Origin: a virus
DNA: 64,000 nucleotides
Reading direction: 5' to 3' (one strand)
IMG/VR virus record: IMGVR_UViG_3300020182_000007
Shown here in pieces: positions 9,797 through 19,530 of the stretch (the stretch's first letter is position 1; every line of letters begins with the position of its first letter). The notes beneath the pieces were generated by a model that made no database searches, had not been told where the DNA came from, and saw nothing but the letters and a program-made list of their open reading frames with translations. Made by a program: the position numbers and the translations under genes.

Positions 9797-10477
9797 TTAA
9801 AAGTTTGTTTTAGGTCCTAAATAATCGGGGTTCGTCATATATTTGTTATGGTATTCCATTAATTTATCTCTTGCTTCTTCTGCGCTGTCTACTATTCTAA
9901 ATAAATCAAAATCTTCTGGACTCATTTTATTATTTTTTAGAACAGTGCCTCTTAGCCAATCTATTAAACCACTCCAGTATTCTTTACCTACAAGAACTAT
10001 TGGATATTTTATGTTATGCCCACATTGCGCTAATGTTATCGCTTCAAATGTTTCATCTAATGTTCCAACTCCTCCTGGAAATACTACGAATGCCTGTGAG
10101 TATTTTAAGAACATAACCTTTCTTGTAAAAAAGTATCTACATTCAATACCAAGATCTACGTACTTATTCATACCTGCCTCGAACGGTAATTCTATACCGA
10201 TACCGATAGATTTACCACTAACTTCATGCGCTCCATGATTTGCGGCTGCCATAATGCCTGGACCACCCCCTGTAATAACTCCAAAACCTTCACATGCAAT
10301 TAGCTTGCCAAATTCACGTGCTTCATTATACCATTTGCTTCCTTGTTTAGTTCTTGCAGAACCGAATACTGAAATACAAGGTCCTAATTCGCTAAATGTA
10401 TCGAACCCTTTTGTAAATTCTCCTTGAATTCTCATAATCTGCCATGCATCTTCTGCTTTATCTCTCTTCTCTTTCAT
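9797..10477 (-). CDS. LOG family nucleotide phosphoribohydrolase (TIGR00730-type)
   Basis: VFGSAR, ITGGGPGIMAA, FFTRKVMF, FPGGVGTLDE. Confidence 0.92.
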   Translation of the reverse strand: MKEKRDKAEDAWQIMRIQGEFTKGFDTFSELGPCISVFGSARTKQGSKWYNEAREFGKLIACEGFGVITGGGPGIMAAANHGAHEVSGKSIGIGIELPFEAGMNKYVDLGIECRYFFTRKVMFLKYSQAFVVFPGGVGTLDETFEAITLAQCGHNIKYPIVLVGKEYWSGLIDWLRGTVLKNNKMSPEDFDLFRIVDSAEEARDKLMEYHNKYMTNPDYLGPKTNF

Positions 10478-10531
10478 ATTAATCTTCTTCTTTATTTCCT
10501 GTCTATAATTATATATTGCCCTTTCATTGTT

Positions 10532-11503
10532 TTAATTTGATAGAGGCGCTTTAATACTTGGATGATATTTATAATCCTTTACTTCAATATCGAATTCACC
10601 ACCTAATAAATCTACGTTACTAAATTCAACTGTTGGTAAATCATACATTTCCCTAGTTAATTGTTCTCTTGCTTGTTCAATATGATTCTTATATAAGTGA
10701 ACATCACCTAAGTTTCCAATTAATTGATCTGGAACCATATTAACCTCTTCTGCTATTAAACAAAGAAGTGCTGCATAGCTTGCAATATTAAACGGAAGTC
10801 CGAGAAATAAATCGCAACTTCTTTGGTTCCACATTAAAGAGATTGCTCTGTATTTTCCAGGATTTACAATCTTTTCTTCTCTAGTAGTTAATCGTGTATA
10901 AACTTGGAATCCATAGTGACATGGTGGAAGTGTCATTTGATCTAACTCACCAACATTCCAAGCATTGACCATAAGTCTACGTGAATCTGGATTTGTTTTA
11001 AGTTCATTGATTAGGTTTGCGATTTGATCATGTCCAGGATTCATTATATTATTTTCACCTGTGATTTTATTATAAGAACTTCTAGAACCCCATTCTCTCC
11101 ATTGTTTACCATAGATAGGACCTAACTCACCCCAATTTTTAGCGAATGATTCATCTTCTTTAATATGCTCTACGAATTCCTCTTGGGTAAACATATCATC
11201 TTGATATTCAGAGGGGTGTGCTTTACAGTATTTCTTATAAGCATCGCCATTCCAGATGTTACACCCATTATCAACAAGATATTTAATGTTAGTATCACCT
11301 CTTAGAAACCATTTTAACTCCACTAACATTGTCTTAACCGCCATCCTCTTGGTAGTTAGCAGAGGAAATCCATCCTTCATGTTGTGTCTGATCTGGCGAC
11401 CGAATACTGATAGTGTTCCAGTTCCAGTGCGATCTGATTTTTCTGTTGAGTTTTCTAATAGGGTTCCAAGTAACGCTCGGTATTGTTCTTCTATTCTATT
11501 CAT
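10532..11503 (-). CDS. thyA: Thymidylate synthase
   Basis: DRTGTGT, FPLLTTK, LGPIYGKQWR, SRR, LPPCH, QRSCDLFLGLPFN, GDVHLYKNH. Confidence 0.98.
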   Translation of the reverse strand: MNRIEEQYRALLGTLLENSTEKSDRTGTGTLSVFGRQIRHNMKDGFPLLTTKRMAVKTMLVELKWFLRGDTNIKYLVDNGCNIWNGDAYKKYCKAHPSEYQDDMFTQEEFVEHIKEDESFAKNWGELGPIYGKQWREWGSRSSYNKITGENNIMNPGHDQIANLINELKTNPDSRRLMVNAWNVGELDQMTLPPCHYGFQVYTRLTTREEKIVNPGKYRAISLMWNQRSCDLFLGLPFNIASYAALLCLIAEEVNMVPDQLIGNLGDVHLYKNHIEQAREQLTREMYDLPTVEFSNVDLLGGEFDIEVKDYKYHPSIKAPLSN

Positions 11504-11509
11504 TTCTTA

Positions 11510-11806
11510 TTAATTAATCATAGATACCCTACCCTTGTAAATATACCCAATAATAGTAGGATCGTTTTTAATACATGCTTCTAAATACGCACTTATATTT
11601 TTAATATTAGTATATTCGGTATTATATCCTCCTCTAATAATAGTAATGTTTTCTCCACCGCATGTTTTAGAAAGCGGGTTAGTTCTCATATCAGATGTTG
11701 GCGTGTATGTGTGTTTTACTGTTTCTACACCCTGTTTAAATGAGATAGGGTTATTCCTCATATCAGGCGGTTGTGTATGATTGTGTTTTTTTGAAAATGG
11801 ATTCAT
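11510..11806 (-). CDS. Hypothetical protein
   Basis: 98-aa ORF with internal PxDMRxNP duplication, in operon. Confidence 0.55.
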   Translation of the reverse strand: MNPFSKKHNHTQPPDMRNNPISFKQGVETVKHTYTPTSDMRTNPLSKTCGGENITIIRGGYNTEYTNIKNISAYLEACIKNDPTIIGYIYKGRVSMIN

Positions 11807-12027
11807 TAATCTCTTTTGGTTAAAAGAGATTCTTTAAGTATTCCAACATACTCATTTAGACCCTCATGCTCAAATGCTTTAATCGTATTAATTAATTCTT
11901 GCTTCGAGCTTAACTCAGACCATTGTTTAATTTCATTAATATCTCCACCAAAGTATCCTACTAGTTTCTTTGGTTGAATTGAGCTAATTAGCTGGTCTTT
12001 GTCTGGGTGTTTATAATTCTCGTTCAT
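11806..12027 (-). CDS. Hypothetical protein
   Basis: 73-aa ORF coupled to neighbours. Confidence 0.55.
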   Translation of the reverse strand: MNENYKHPDKDQLISSIQPKKLVGYFGGDINEIKQWSELSSKQELINTIKAFEHEGLNEYVGILKESLLTKRD

Positions 12028-12029
12028 TT

Positions 12030-12350
12030 CTATTTAATAAAGGGGTTATGTAATATTCGGTATGATTCGTGCCCTGCTTTTGTTTTTGCGGGCTCGATCC
12101 ATCCTAGTTCTAATAGTTTCTGTATTGATTGCTTTGCGTTTTCGACATTTCCGCATGAATGATAATTAAAAAAACCTAACTGTCCGAACGTGTCTTTTTG
12201 GCGGTCTGGTCTCTTAATTGCTTCATTAATAATTACCCATAGCACATCAAAATGATCAGGATATGTTGGAAGCTCTTCTTGTATATTTAGAACATATTTA
12301 AGGCGCACCATATCCTGGTCTATTCTACGTAAATCTTTATCTGCTAGCAT
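12030..12350 (-). CDS. Hypothetical protein, possible winged-helix
   Basis: 106 aa; C-terminal KLLELGWIE...YRIL pattern resembles a wHTH wing. Confidence 0.5.
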   Translation of the reverse strand: MLADKDLRRIDQDMVRLKYVLNIQEELPTYPDHFDVLWVIINEAIKRPDRQKDTFGQLGFFNYHSCGNVENAKQSIQKLLELGWIEPAKTKAGHESYRILHNPFIK

Positions 12351-12817
12351 TAGTAGCCTCTTTTTTGGCGGTTTTTATTCTCTTCCGCTTTAGCAAAATA
12401 GTAATTATAAGCGGTCTTTGCGTCAAGTCCAATAGATGCAGCGTAATTAATAAAAAAGTGTAGAATATCTACCCATTCCATATATAATTCTTTTTTGTCT
12501 CCTTCAGACATATCAGAAATTTTCATAGTCTCAAATTTAGAAAAGTCTTTTTTCCAATATTTCCATACTGCGTTTCCACTACCGTCTTTGATACCTCCAA
12601 GTGCATCCGTCATCTCGTGTATCTCATCTACTACAGCATGTGTGTTAACATGCCAGAAATTCATGATGTCCCTGATTGACATCTCTTCAAAATTAAAACC
12701 GTAAGTTTTTTCTTGCATCTCTTTCTGATGAGTCATTATATCATCTAGATGAGTCGTTGACTGATCATAAAAGTCTTGTACTTCTAGATCTTTACATTCG
12801 TTATCTATATTTGCCAT
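12350..12817 (-). CDS. Dimeric all-alpha dUTPase/dCTPase
   Basis: VDEIHEMTD, W-K-Y-W-K, ELYMEWVDILHF, YFAKAEENKNRQ motifs. Confidence 0.85.
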   Translation of the reverse strand: MANIDNECKDLEVQDFYDQSTTHLDDIMTHQKEMQEKTYGFNFEEMSIRDIMNFWHVNTHAVVDEIHEMTDALGGIKDGSGNAVWKYWKKDFSKFETMKISDMSEGDKKELYMEWVDILHFFINYAASIGLDAKTAYNYYFAKAEENKNRQKRGY

Positions 12818-12842
12818 ATTATTGTGTTACTTTATTATTGTA

Positions 12843-13253
12843 TTATAAATTTACAAATTGTTTCGTATATTTGCTAATATAATTTTTAATTCTTTCGCTT
12901 CCATACGGATTCATAGAGTGTACTAGTATTTTTGGAAAGGCTCCACCCTTTAATATGTGATGTCCTACTAGCCATTTTGCACAATCTAATCCGGTCTTTT
13001 CATTAAATGTTTCTGGAAAATCTTCACTAGAACCACATGCACACATTATTTCGTAATGTTCATCGACTAGATCATGTGCGAATGAAACTACTTTAGGAAT
13101 TCCGTTATTTTCTACAAATTTTACAAATTCCCTAAAATCCTTTACAATTTCCCATTCTAAATTACAATAAATGTTTGCATCATTACCAATCCTAAGGAGC
13201 ATATTATTTAATACGTCCTTAGGTAATTTAGAATCATCTAAAAATAAGTTCAT
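12843..13253 (-). CDS. Cyclic-phosphate-processing receiver-like domain protein
   Basis: LFLDD, SFAHDL, TGLDCAKWL, VHSMNPYG. Confidence 0.75.
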   Translation of the reverse strand: MNLFLDDSKLPKDVLNNMLLRIGNDANIYCNLEWEIVKDFREFVKFVENNGIPKVVSFAHDLVDEHYEIMCACGSSEDFPETFNEKTGLDCAKWLVGHHILKGGAFPKILVHSMNPYGSERIKNYISKYTKQFVNL

Positions 13254-14305
13254 TAGAACAAACTACCCTGTGAGAAGTTATTGTTAAAAAAATATTGCAT
13301 TATGTTTTCATCAACCCTAGCAACTTTTCGTTTGTTAATTAAATTAGAATTGTTACTTAGTCTAGTATAAACTCCAAACTGACATAGACCAACTTCGCAT
13401 CCATATGTTTTGAGCTCGTTCTGATCATCAGCAAATATCTTCACTCCATTAACCACCTTATTCCATTCATTTTCGTTAAGTGGAATTTCTCCAATAAGAT
13501 CTTTATAGTTTTCTCTAAACCAAATTACTCTATCACCATGTGGTACTTTACAACCCTCTCCAAACATCATGTCTAGCGCCATTCTAGCACCAGGTCCAGG
13601 TACACAGAATCTTTCGTCATGGTTTATTGATATATTTGGGTTAACTGAATTAGAAGTTGAGCAATGATATCCATAATAGGATCCTACTCCTTCAATTGTT
13701 GTTAATATATCGAACATTTCCGATAAAGAGTTAACGCCAGCCATTCGTCTAGTAATTCCTCTAGGTATAAATCCAGCAACCCAAAGTAATATGTTAATCT
13801 TATCTGCATTACGTTCAGTTTGTCTGGTTTCAGAAACCCAAGTATTTGAAGCTCCATATAGGCTGGTTCTAAGTTCAGTTGTTCCGTATACTCCAAGTCC
13901 TAGTGATATTGCGTCATCAATATTCTTTCTGATTTCAGTTTCGTATTCCTTGTCTTTTAAAAGTCTTTCAAAATCTACTAGAGCTGTTTTTGGATCTGAG
14001 TTTCTTGTTAGAATCTGGTGAATTCCTCTAGCTCCATAAAAGTGGGATATTATCGTGTTGCAAATAATATTATTCATCGACATATCAGATAACACGATAT
14101 TATCCATAATATATCTCATACGATCATCATATAATATATGAGGATGAAAATACTCTACAGTTTCTCCAAGAGCTGCATCACCTTCACTGTCATATGAATC
14201 TCTATATCCATAATTTAATTCAGATCTCTCATTAACTTTGTTAAAAAAATAACCTATTCGATCGACAACCTCCATGTTAACAAGAGCTCTCATATTATCT
14301 GCCAT
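13253..14305 (-). CDS. aGPT-pyrophosphorylase / 5-hmdU DNA kinase helical-domain-like DNA modification enzyme
   Basis: DDRMRYI, HhH-like TIEGVGSYYGYH, PGPGARMALD, CEVGLCQF..Y pattern of the family. Confidence 0.7.
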   Translation of the reverse strand: MADNMRALVNMEVVDRIGYFFNKVNERSELNYGYRDSYDSEGDAALGETVEYFHPHILYDDRMRYIMDNIVLSDMSMNNIICNTIISHFYGARGIHQILTRNSDPKTALVDFERLLKDKEYETEIRKNIDDAISLGLGVYGTTELRTSLYGASNTWVSETRQTERNADKINILLWVAGFIPRGITRRMAGVNSLSEMFDILTTIEGVGSYYGYHCSTSNSVNPNISINHDERFCVPGPGARMALDMMFGEGCKVPHGDRVIWFRENYKDLIGEIPLNENEWNKVVNGVKIFADDQNELKTYGCEVGLCQFGVYTRLSNNSNLINKRKVARVDENIMQYFFNNNFSQGSLF

Positions 14306-14319
14306 ATTATATTAATATT

Positions 14320-14988
14320 TTAATCTATAAATAGACAATCATATCCTCCAACTTTTTGAAATATAATGATCTCTTCTATGTTTGATGTTTTATAAGCTTC
14401 GGTAAACCTCTGTACTGCAGACTTTGCTTGATCATGGTTTCCATGTAGTTCAATAAACAATATACTTGGTTTATATTCGAGCACGCTTTCTATTATATCA
14501 TACTCTGCTCCTTCGATGTCAATTTTAATAATATCTGGCTTAATCTCTTCTAACAGATGGTCAATATGGTAATTTTTAACGTCGTCATATTCATTAAAGG
14601 TACCTCTTCTTTTAATAATAGATGTTGAGCTATGGTTACTTTTAGCGTTTGATTTGTATATTTTAAGAGTATCTTCTGTAGATCCAGATACTGCAGCATG
14701 AATTATATTAGCATGAATCGAAGCTGCAAAATTATTAGCAGCTATGTTGTAGTTTCTAAAGTCGCATTCGATACCATACACTCTCTTTGCTCCTCCTTCT
14801 ATTGCTATTTTAGTAAAAGCTCCTATATTAGTACCTAGATCTAAACATACTTTATTTAGATAATCTACTTCTGGCTTGATGTAGTTTTTAATTGATTCTG
14901 AAATCATATCTTTATCTACACTTTCCTGTGCATTTAATTCTTTAACATATCTCTTTTTTAAGATTGATCTTTGTTTTGGGTCTAGCAT
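14320..14988 (-). CDS. FkbM family SAM-dependent methyltransferase
   Basis: LDLGTNIGAF, GIEC, HAAVS, IKIDIEGAEY, FIELH. Confidence 0.9.
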   Translation of the reverse strand: MLDPKQRSILKKRYVKELNAQESVDKDMISESIKNYIKPEVDYLNKVCLDLGTNIGAFTKIAIEGGAKRVYGIECDFRNYNIAANNFAASIHANIIHAAVSGSTEDTLKIYKSNAKSNHSSTSIIKRRGTFNEYDDVKNYHIDHLLEEIKPDIIKIDIEGAEYDIIESVLEYKPSILFIELHGNHDQAKSAVQRFTEAYKTSNIEEIIIFQKVGGYDCLFID

Positions 14989-14995
14989 TCTTATT

Positions 14996-15364
14996 TTATT
15001 TTTGTACTAAGTTTGATACTACATGTACCACGTCTAGGTTTGGATGATTCTCTTCAATAATCGCCTTTTGTACAGGGTCGTCTTCAAAAAATCTAACAAC
15101 GTTAATGCCCTGTTCGGCTAATTCACTTATAGTTTTAGCTTTATGTTTTCCTGAGTATGTTCTAGCATTGACAGTATGGTCTCCTCTTTCTGCTAGTGTC
15201 ATTTGGTTAAAATAAACTTTAGTAGTAACCCCCATCTCTGATAATTTATCAAAAACGTAAGGCGCCTCTTCTTGACATCTTCCTGTAATAATGATATCAT
15301 CACTCCATCGAGGGGTAATTCCGATTGAAACTACACCATCAAAATCGTATGCAAATATATCCAT
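14996..15364 (-). CDS. Capless HAD-superfamily phosphatase
   Basis: YDFDGV motif I, ITGR motif II, K, FFEDD motif IV. Confidence 0.8.
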   Translation of the reverse strand: MDIFAYDFDGVVSIGITPRWSDDIIITGRCQEEAPYVFDKLSEMGVTTKVYFNQMTLAERGDHTVNARTYSGKHKAKTISELAEQGINVVRFFEDDPVQKAIIEENHPNLDVVHVVSNLVQK

Positions 15365-15394
15365 TTTTTATTATTATATTATTATGATCTATAA

Positions 15395-15416
15395 AAGGGA
15401 GTCCGAAGACTCCCTT
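15395..15416 (-). terminator. UUCG-loop terminator after ino1
   Basis: aagggagtc-cgaa-gactccctt; loop reads TTCG on the minus strand, T-run follows. Confidence 0.8.
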
Positions 15417-15435
15417 AACAACTATAAATAAAGGT

Positions 15436-16614
15436 TTATTTGAGTTGCTTTTTAGTTACATTGGTTAATTCACGAACTGCTAATGCGTCGCATTCTTTAA
15501 CAGCATCCCTAAACATCATTTGTTGAGGTGGTGTTTTTTGAGTAAATGCAGATGGTCCACGAAGAGCTCCTACTATTCCCATTTCACGAGCTACTTTTAC
15601 GTATCGCAAAGCATCAATTACAACACCTGCTGAGTTTGGAGAATCTTGAACACTTAATTGAGCATCAAGTAATACAGGTGCTCCTCCAAATCCTTCCATT
15701 TCAAGTCTAAAGTTTGCTACTTTATTATCTCCATAAAATGAAATATATTCAGATGGCCCAGCATGTAAGAAAGAATCCTCTGTAGAGATTCCACGAATTT
15801 CATTTTGAGCACGAATTACGTTTTCTTTAGAAATCTTCTTAGAAGCTAATCTTGTTTTGTCTTCCATGTTTAAGAAATCTGTGTTACCTCCAACATTACG
15901 CTGAATGTGTGCTTTAACATGGTGTCCTCTTTCAAAAGCTAGCTCCTGTAGCATTTGAGAAAGAATCGATGCTCCAAACTGCGAGCGCATATCATCTCCA
16001 ATAATTGGAATACCAGCATCAATAAATCTCTGTTCCCATGCTGGGTCAGAAGCAATAAATACTGGAATACAGTTTACAAAGGAAATTCCAGTTTCTAGGC
16101 AGATTTCAGCCCAAAATTCAGTAGTTTTTTGAGAACCTACAGGTAAGTAGTTTATTAATACCTCTACTTCAAGTTCTTTTAATTTCGCAATGATTGAATC
16201 TTTCCAAGATCTCTCTAATTTAGAGGTCCATGAAACTCTACCCATATCAGTTGAATTTCTTAATTCTTCAGATATTAAAAATCTATTTGATTCTGGGTAA
16301 CGGTCCATTAGTTGTGCATATCCATCAATTACAGGACCTTCAAATACAGGTGCTGTTGATTTAATATCTTCAACAATATTCCAAGAACAGTTAGGTTTTT
16401 GCTTTAGTGCTTCGCCTAATGGCAGATTAACCTTTCTCTCATCGATATCAAATCCAACTACGAATTCGATATCTTCTGCAGTATAACCTCCAATATCGAA
16501 TTTCATCATACCGGTGGTTGCTTCTTTGTTTTCAGTATAGTACTGAACTCCTTCTACTAGGGACTTGGCGCAATTTCCTGTTCCAATGATCCCAACTTTA
16601 ATTTTTTGCTTCAT
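15436..16614 (-). CDS. ino1: myo-Inositol-1-phosphate synthase
   Basis: GIIGTGNCAKSLVEG, INYLPVGS, FVNCIPVFIA, GDDMRSQFGA, NVGGNTDF, KKISK, GDNK, DSPNSAG. Confidence 0.96.
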   Translation of the reverse strand: MKQKIKVGIIGTGNCAKSLVEGVQYYTENKEATTGMMKFDIGGYTAEDIEFVVGFDIDERKVNLPLGEALKQKPNCSWNIVEDIKSTAPVFEGPVIDGYAQLMDRYPESNRFLISEELRNSTDMGRVSWTSKLERSWKDSIIAKLKELEVEVLINYLPVGSQKTTEFWAEICLETGISFVNCIPVFIASDPAWEQRFIDAGIPIIGDDMRSQFGASILSQMLQELAFERGHHVKAHIQRNVGGNTDFLNMEDKTRLASKKISKENVIRAQNEIRGISTEDSFLHAGPSEYISFYGDNKVANFRLEMEGFGGAPVLLDAQLSVQDSPNSAGVVIDALRYVKVAREMGIVGALRGPSAFTQKTPPQQMMFRDAVKECDALAVRELTNVTKKQLK

Positions 16615-16733
16615 TTTAAACCTTTATTTTTTGTTTATAATAGTTATACAACACAGTTTAAAAAAGTTTCAAGATATTAAAAAATATTTTCACTTTAGGT
16701 GTGCTGAGTGATATATATACAGTTTGGTGGGGG

Positions 16734-17771
16734 CTAAAACAGGCTGGCTGTCTTTTGAATGAGGTTCGAGTTTTTATTTCCAGTATTCCAATCCCAATAA
16801 TAGAATTCTCTACTTAGATGTACCGAACCAGGCTTTTCCATATAGTTTTTTGCAAAAGATTCTGGGTTTTCAGAATACCAATGATCAGGCCATCCTAATA
16901 TTGTAAATCCTGCAGATTCTCCTAAATCCTGTATAGTTCTGTTAAATATTTTAACTAGGTTTGCTCTTTCTTCTCTTGTTCCAAAGAATGGAGCTTTTTT
17001 ATACCATCCTGTTTTAGGAATTCTTCTACCTTCAAATTCTATAGGTAATAATTTATGCACAGTTATATTAGGAACATCTAGAGATTTAAGATGGTCTATA
17101 TAGTCCATTGCAATTCTGCGGATAGACATTACTGGATCAGCTTGCCTGCACATATGATGTCGAACGTCGATATTGCCAAAATAGGATATCAAATGGGTTG
17201 TTCCTTCTGGTATATATGTACTAAATCCTTCTTTTAACGCGCCAAATAATGTTTTTCCGTCGTTTCTACTAATATCAGATCCTAATGGCATTACCGATAC
17301 TGAGTGACTGTCTCCTAATACAAAAGTTCCTGTATCTGTTTTTAGGTTTATTGTTTTTAGGTTTTTACATTTCTCGCTGATTGCTAAATCGTCAAGAGCT
17401 TTCCAATTTTCAGTACAGCTCTTTGATCTGCTTCTCACGAACTCGCCAACATCTGGCATTTCTCTATTCAAACAAAATATATCGCCATTGAAATCTAAGA
17501 ATCTAGCAATTCTGGCAGCTGGTTCGTCTCCAGCTCCTCCAAATAGATTATAAGTTCCTTGAAACTCCATTGGCATCGCAATTAACCATACATCATAATC
17601 ATGTATATTTCCGGATTTATCTAAGACATCAACGTCTAATCCATGATGTTTCAATTGAGCCTGTAGAAGATAAGACCACGCACTCTTATGTGATGCCTTT
17701 TTTTGGCTGTATGTTGTGACTACATCATCAATTGCTATTTTCTTACCTTTAAGATCTTGGATATTTTTCAT
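16734..17771 (-). CDS. Conserved phage protein (GDSH / YFGNIDVRHH), candidate DNA-modifying transferase
   Basis: SHKSAW, YNLFGG, VLGDSHS, SRNDGKTL, YFGNIDVRHH, SVHL; function inferred from neighbourhood only. Confidence 0.6.
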   Translation of the reverse strand: MKNIQDLKGKKIAIDDVVTTYSQKKASHKSAWSYLLQAQLKHHGLDVDVLDKSGNIHDYDVWLIAMPMEFQGTYNLFGGAGDEPAARIARFLDFNGDIFCLNREMPDVGEFVRSRSKSCTENWKALDDLAISEKCKNLKTINLKTDTGTFVLGDSHSVSVMPLGSDISRNDGKTLFGALKEGFSTYIPEGTTHLISYFGNIDVRHHMCRQADPVMSIRRIAMDYIDHLKSLDVPNITVHKLLPIEFEGRRIPKTGWYKKAPFFGTREERANLVKIFNRTIQDLGESAGFTILGWPDHWYSENPESFAKNYMEKPGSVHLSREFYYWDWNTGNKNSNLIQKTASLF

Positions 17772-17785
17772 AATGCACTAATAAG

Positions 17786-18103
17786 TTATAGTCCGTTTTC
17801 CCAGTTTTCTAAACCTTGAATATATGCGACAGCATCTAATAGATTATCACGTTTATGATTGTAACTCTCACGTGAGAATTTAAGTGCTACTAGCGCCTTA
17901 AACATGTCACCACCAGAAACATCGTGCCCAGTCATGCCATTAAAAATCATTGCTGCACGCTCCATACCCTCTGAGAATGGACCATAGTTACGATCTGCCT
18001 CTTCACTGCGGTTATTTACAATTTGATCTGCTTCGTTAAGAATACTCATTTTTTTATTATTAGTTATTATATTATTATAGATAGATTGAACGAATTGTTT
18101 CAT
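17786..18103 (-). CDS. DUF6378 family protein (true start probably MSILNEA)
   Basis: ILNEA...R...YGPF, ALKFSRESYNHKRDNLLDAVAY. Confidence 0.8.
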   Translation of the reverse strand: MKQFVQSIYNNIITNNKKMSILNEADQIVNNRSEEADRNYGPFSEGMERAAMIFNGMTGHDVSGGDMFKALVALKFSRESYNHKRDNLLDAVAYIQGLENWENGL

Positions 18104-18147
18104 TGTCTCAATGGGTTCTAAGGAAATTTCGGAAAATTTTTAACTAA

Positions 18148-18357
18148 CTATCTTAAATCTTTGCGATATTCCCCAGGCTCAATTGTAGTTTTTAAAGTGC
18201 AGGTTGAACAAAGAACCTTTGCTACTTCGGATCCAACCATTACCTTGTTTTTACAACCGCCTTCTGGTGCCCAATCCTGCCATCTACTTGTTGCTGGATT
18301 ATGATTCATGCAGTTCATTAGAGTCTGCTCTTTACTTCTTGATTTAAATGTTGCCAT
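18148..18357 (-). CDS. Small putative zinc-binding protein
   Basis: C-x2-H, C and CSTC residues in 69 aa. Confidence 0.5.
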   Translation of the reverse strand: MATFKSRSKEQTLMNCMNHNPATSRWQDWAPEGGCKNKVMVGSEVAKVLCSTCTLKTTIEPGEYRKDLR

Positions 18358-18399
18358 GATTTTGATGTTTTATAGATCTTATAGAAGCTTTATTCTATT

Positions 18400-19520
18400 T
18401 GTTTCAGAGAATTTGGAGAGGACCTTAGGGGAAATTTTTGTTTCTACAACATCGAACACTATATATCCTATTTATTTTATTACACTCAGGTTCATGGATG
18501 GGGTAACCCGCAGTATTATTAGTACCCTGAAGGTTGGAGGGTACCAGCATTTTCTATTGGGGAGTACCATGATTCTTTGAGTCCCTTCCGAGGCAGTTAG
18601 GTCAATGGGGTTACTAACCAGTCACAATTCTCTAACTCTCTTTTAATAGATTAATTAGAATCAATGTGTAGTTATAATCCGTTTAACACTCTCCAGAACT
18701 CTAAGAATTCCATTTTAAATCCTCTATGAGTTGTTGTAGTCTCTATAAGAAATAAAACTCCCTTTAATAGAGCATGCATTCGCGCACACTCACCCTCCCA
18801 AATTGGGGAATTCCCCACTAGGGGTCGACCACCTACCCAAATGGGAGTACTCCAATGTACCCTTGTGGGTTGTACCAACCAACTAGACCTGTTGAATAGA
18901 GTGTACCTCTTCGAGGTTAACACTCACACATCGAGGTAATGGTACTCTATGTACTCTTATTTCTGTGAGGTAATTAGAGTATACATGTCCATTCCTCTTT
19001 AAGGCTCCAGATACCTCTATCCGGTTCCGGGAATATTTTTGGATAGGGGCAACATTGTTTCGTCCCGTAGGGTACTATATAGGATACTGAGTACTCTGTC
19101 TCTTCAAAGGCCTGGAGTGCTGTCCCGGACCGTGAATAGTATGCGCACATCTTTAACACTTTTTGCTGACCATAGCTATTATTAATGTTATGTCTATGAC
19201 TTAAAGTTAATCGCAAATATTATACTGGGTCGACCTTGCCCACAGGTCCCCTCCCTATAGGCCAGGATGGAGTGGAGTCCATGGGTTGGGTGTGATCCCC
19301 CTTTGTTGTAGTGTCCCCATGAGGGGAGGATTGGCCCTGTGGGTCTGTGGAGTGGGGTGCTAGGGGGCCTTCTACCCCTTTGGGTACCTTATCTCCCTCA
19401 GACCCTTATACTCTGTTATATGTAAGGTTTCCCCTTTTGTTTCATGGGTTAGAAAATGGGGTGGCGGGTACTCCAAGGGGTAGAGGGATTGGGGGTCATC
19501 AATTACTGGGGGTGCTCGGG
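18400..19520. other. GC-rich non-coding block with palindromes and G-tracts
   Basis: No credible ORF; tggggaattcccca, ggtcgacc, ggagtactcc; 13 GTAC sites by manual count; many G4-5 runs near the right end. Confidence 0.7.
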
Positions 19521-19530
19521 GATCGGTGTG

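Noticed and set aside
10532-11503. Group I intron in thyA associated with the GIY-YIG endonuclease
   Set aside because: thyA is continuous and the endonuclease is free-standing 37 kb away.
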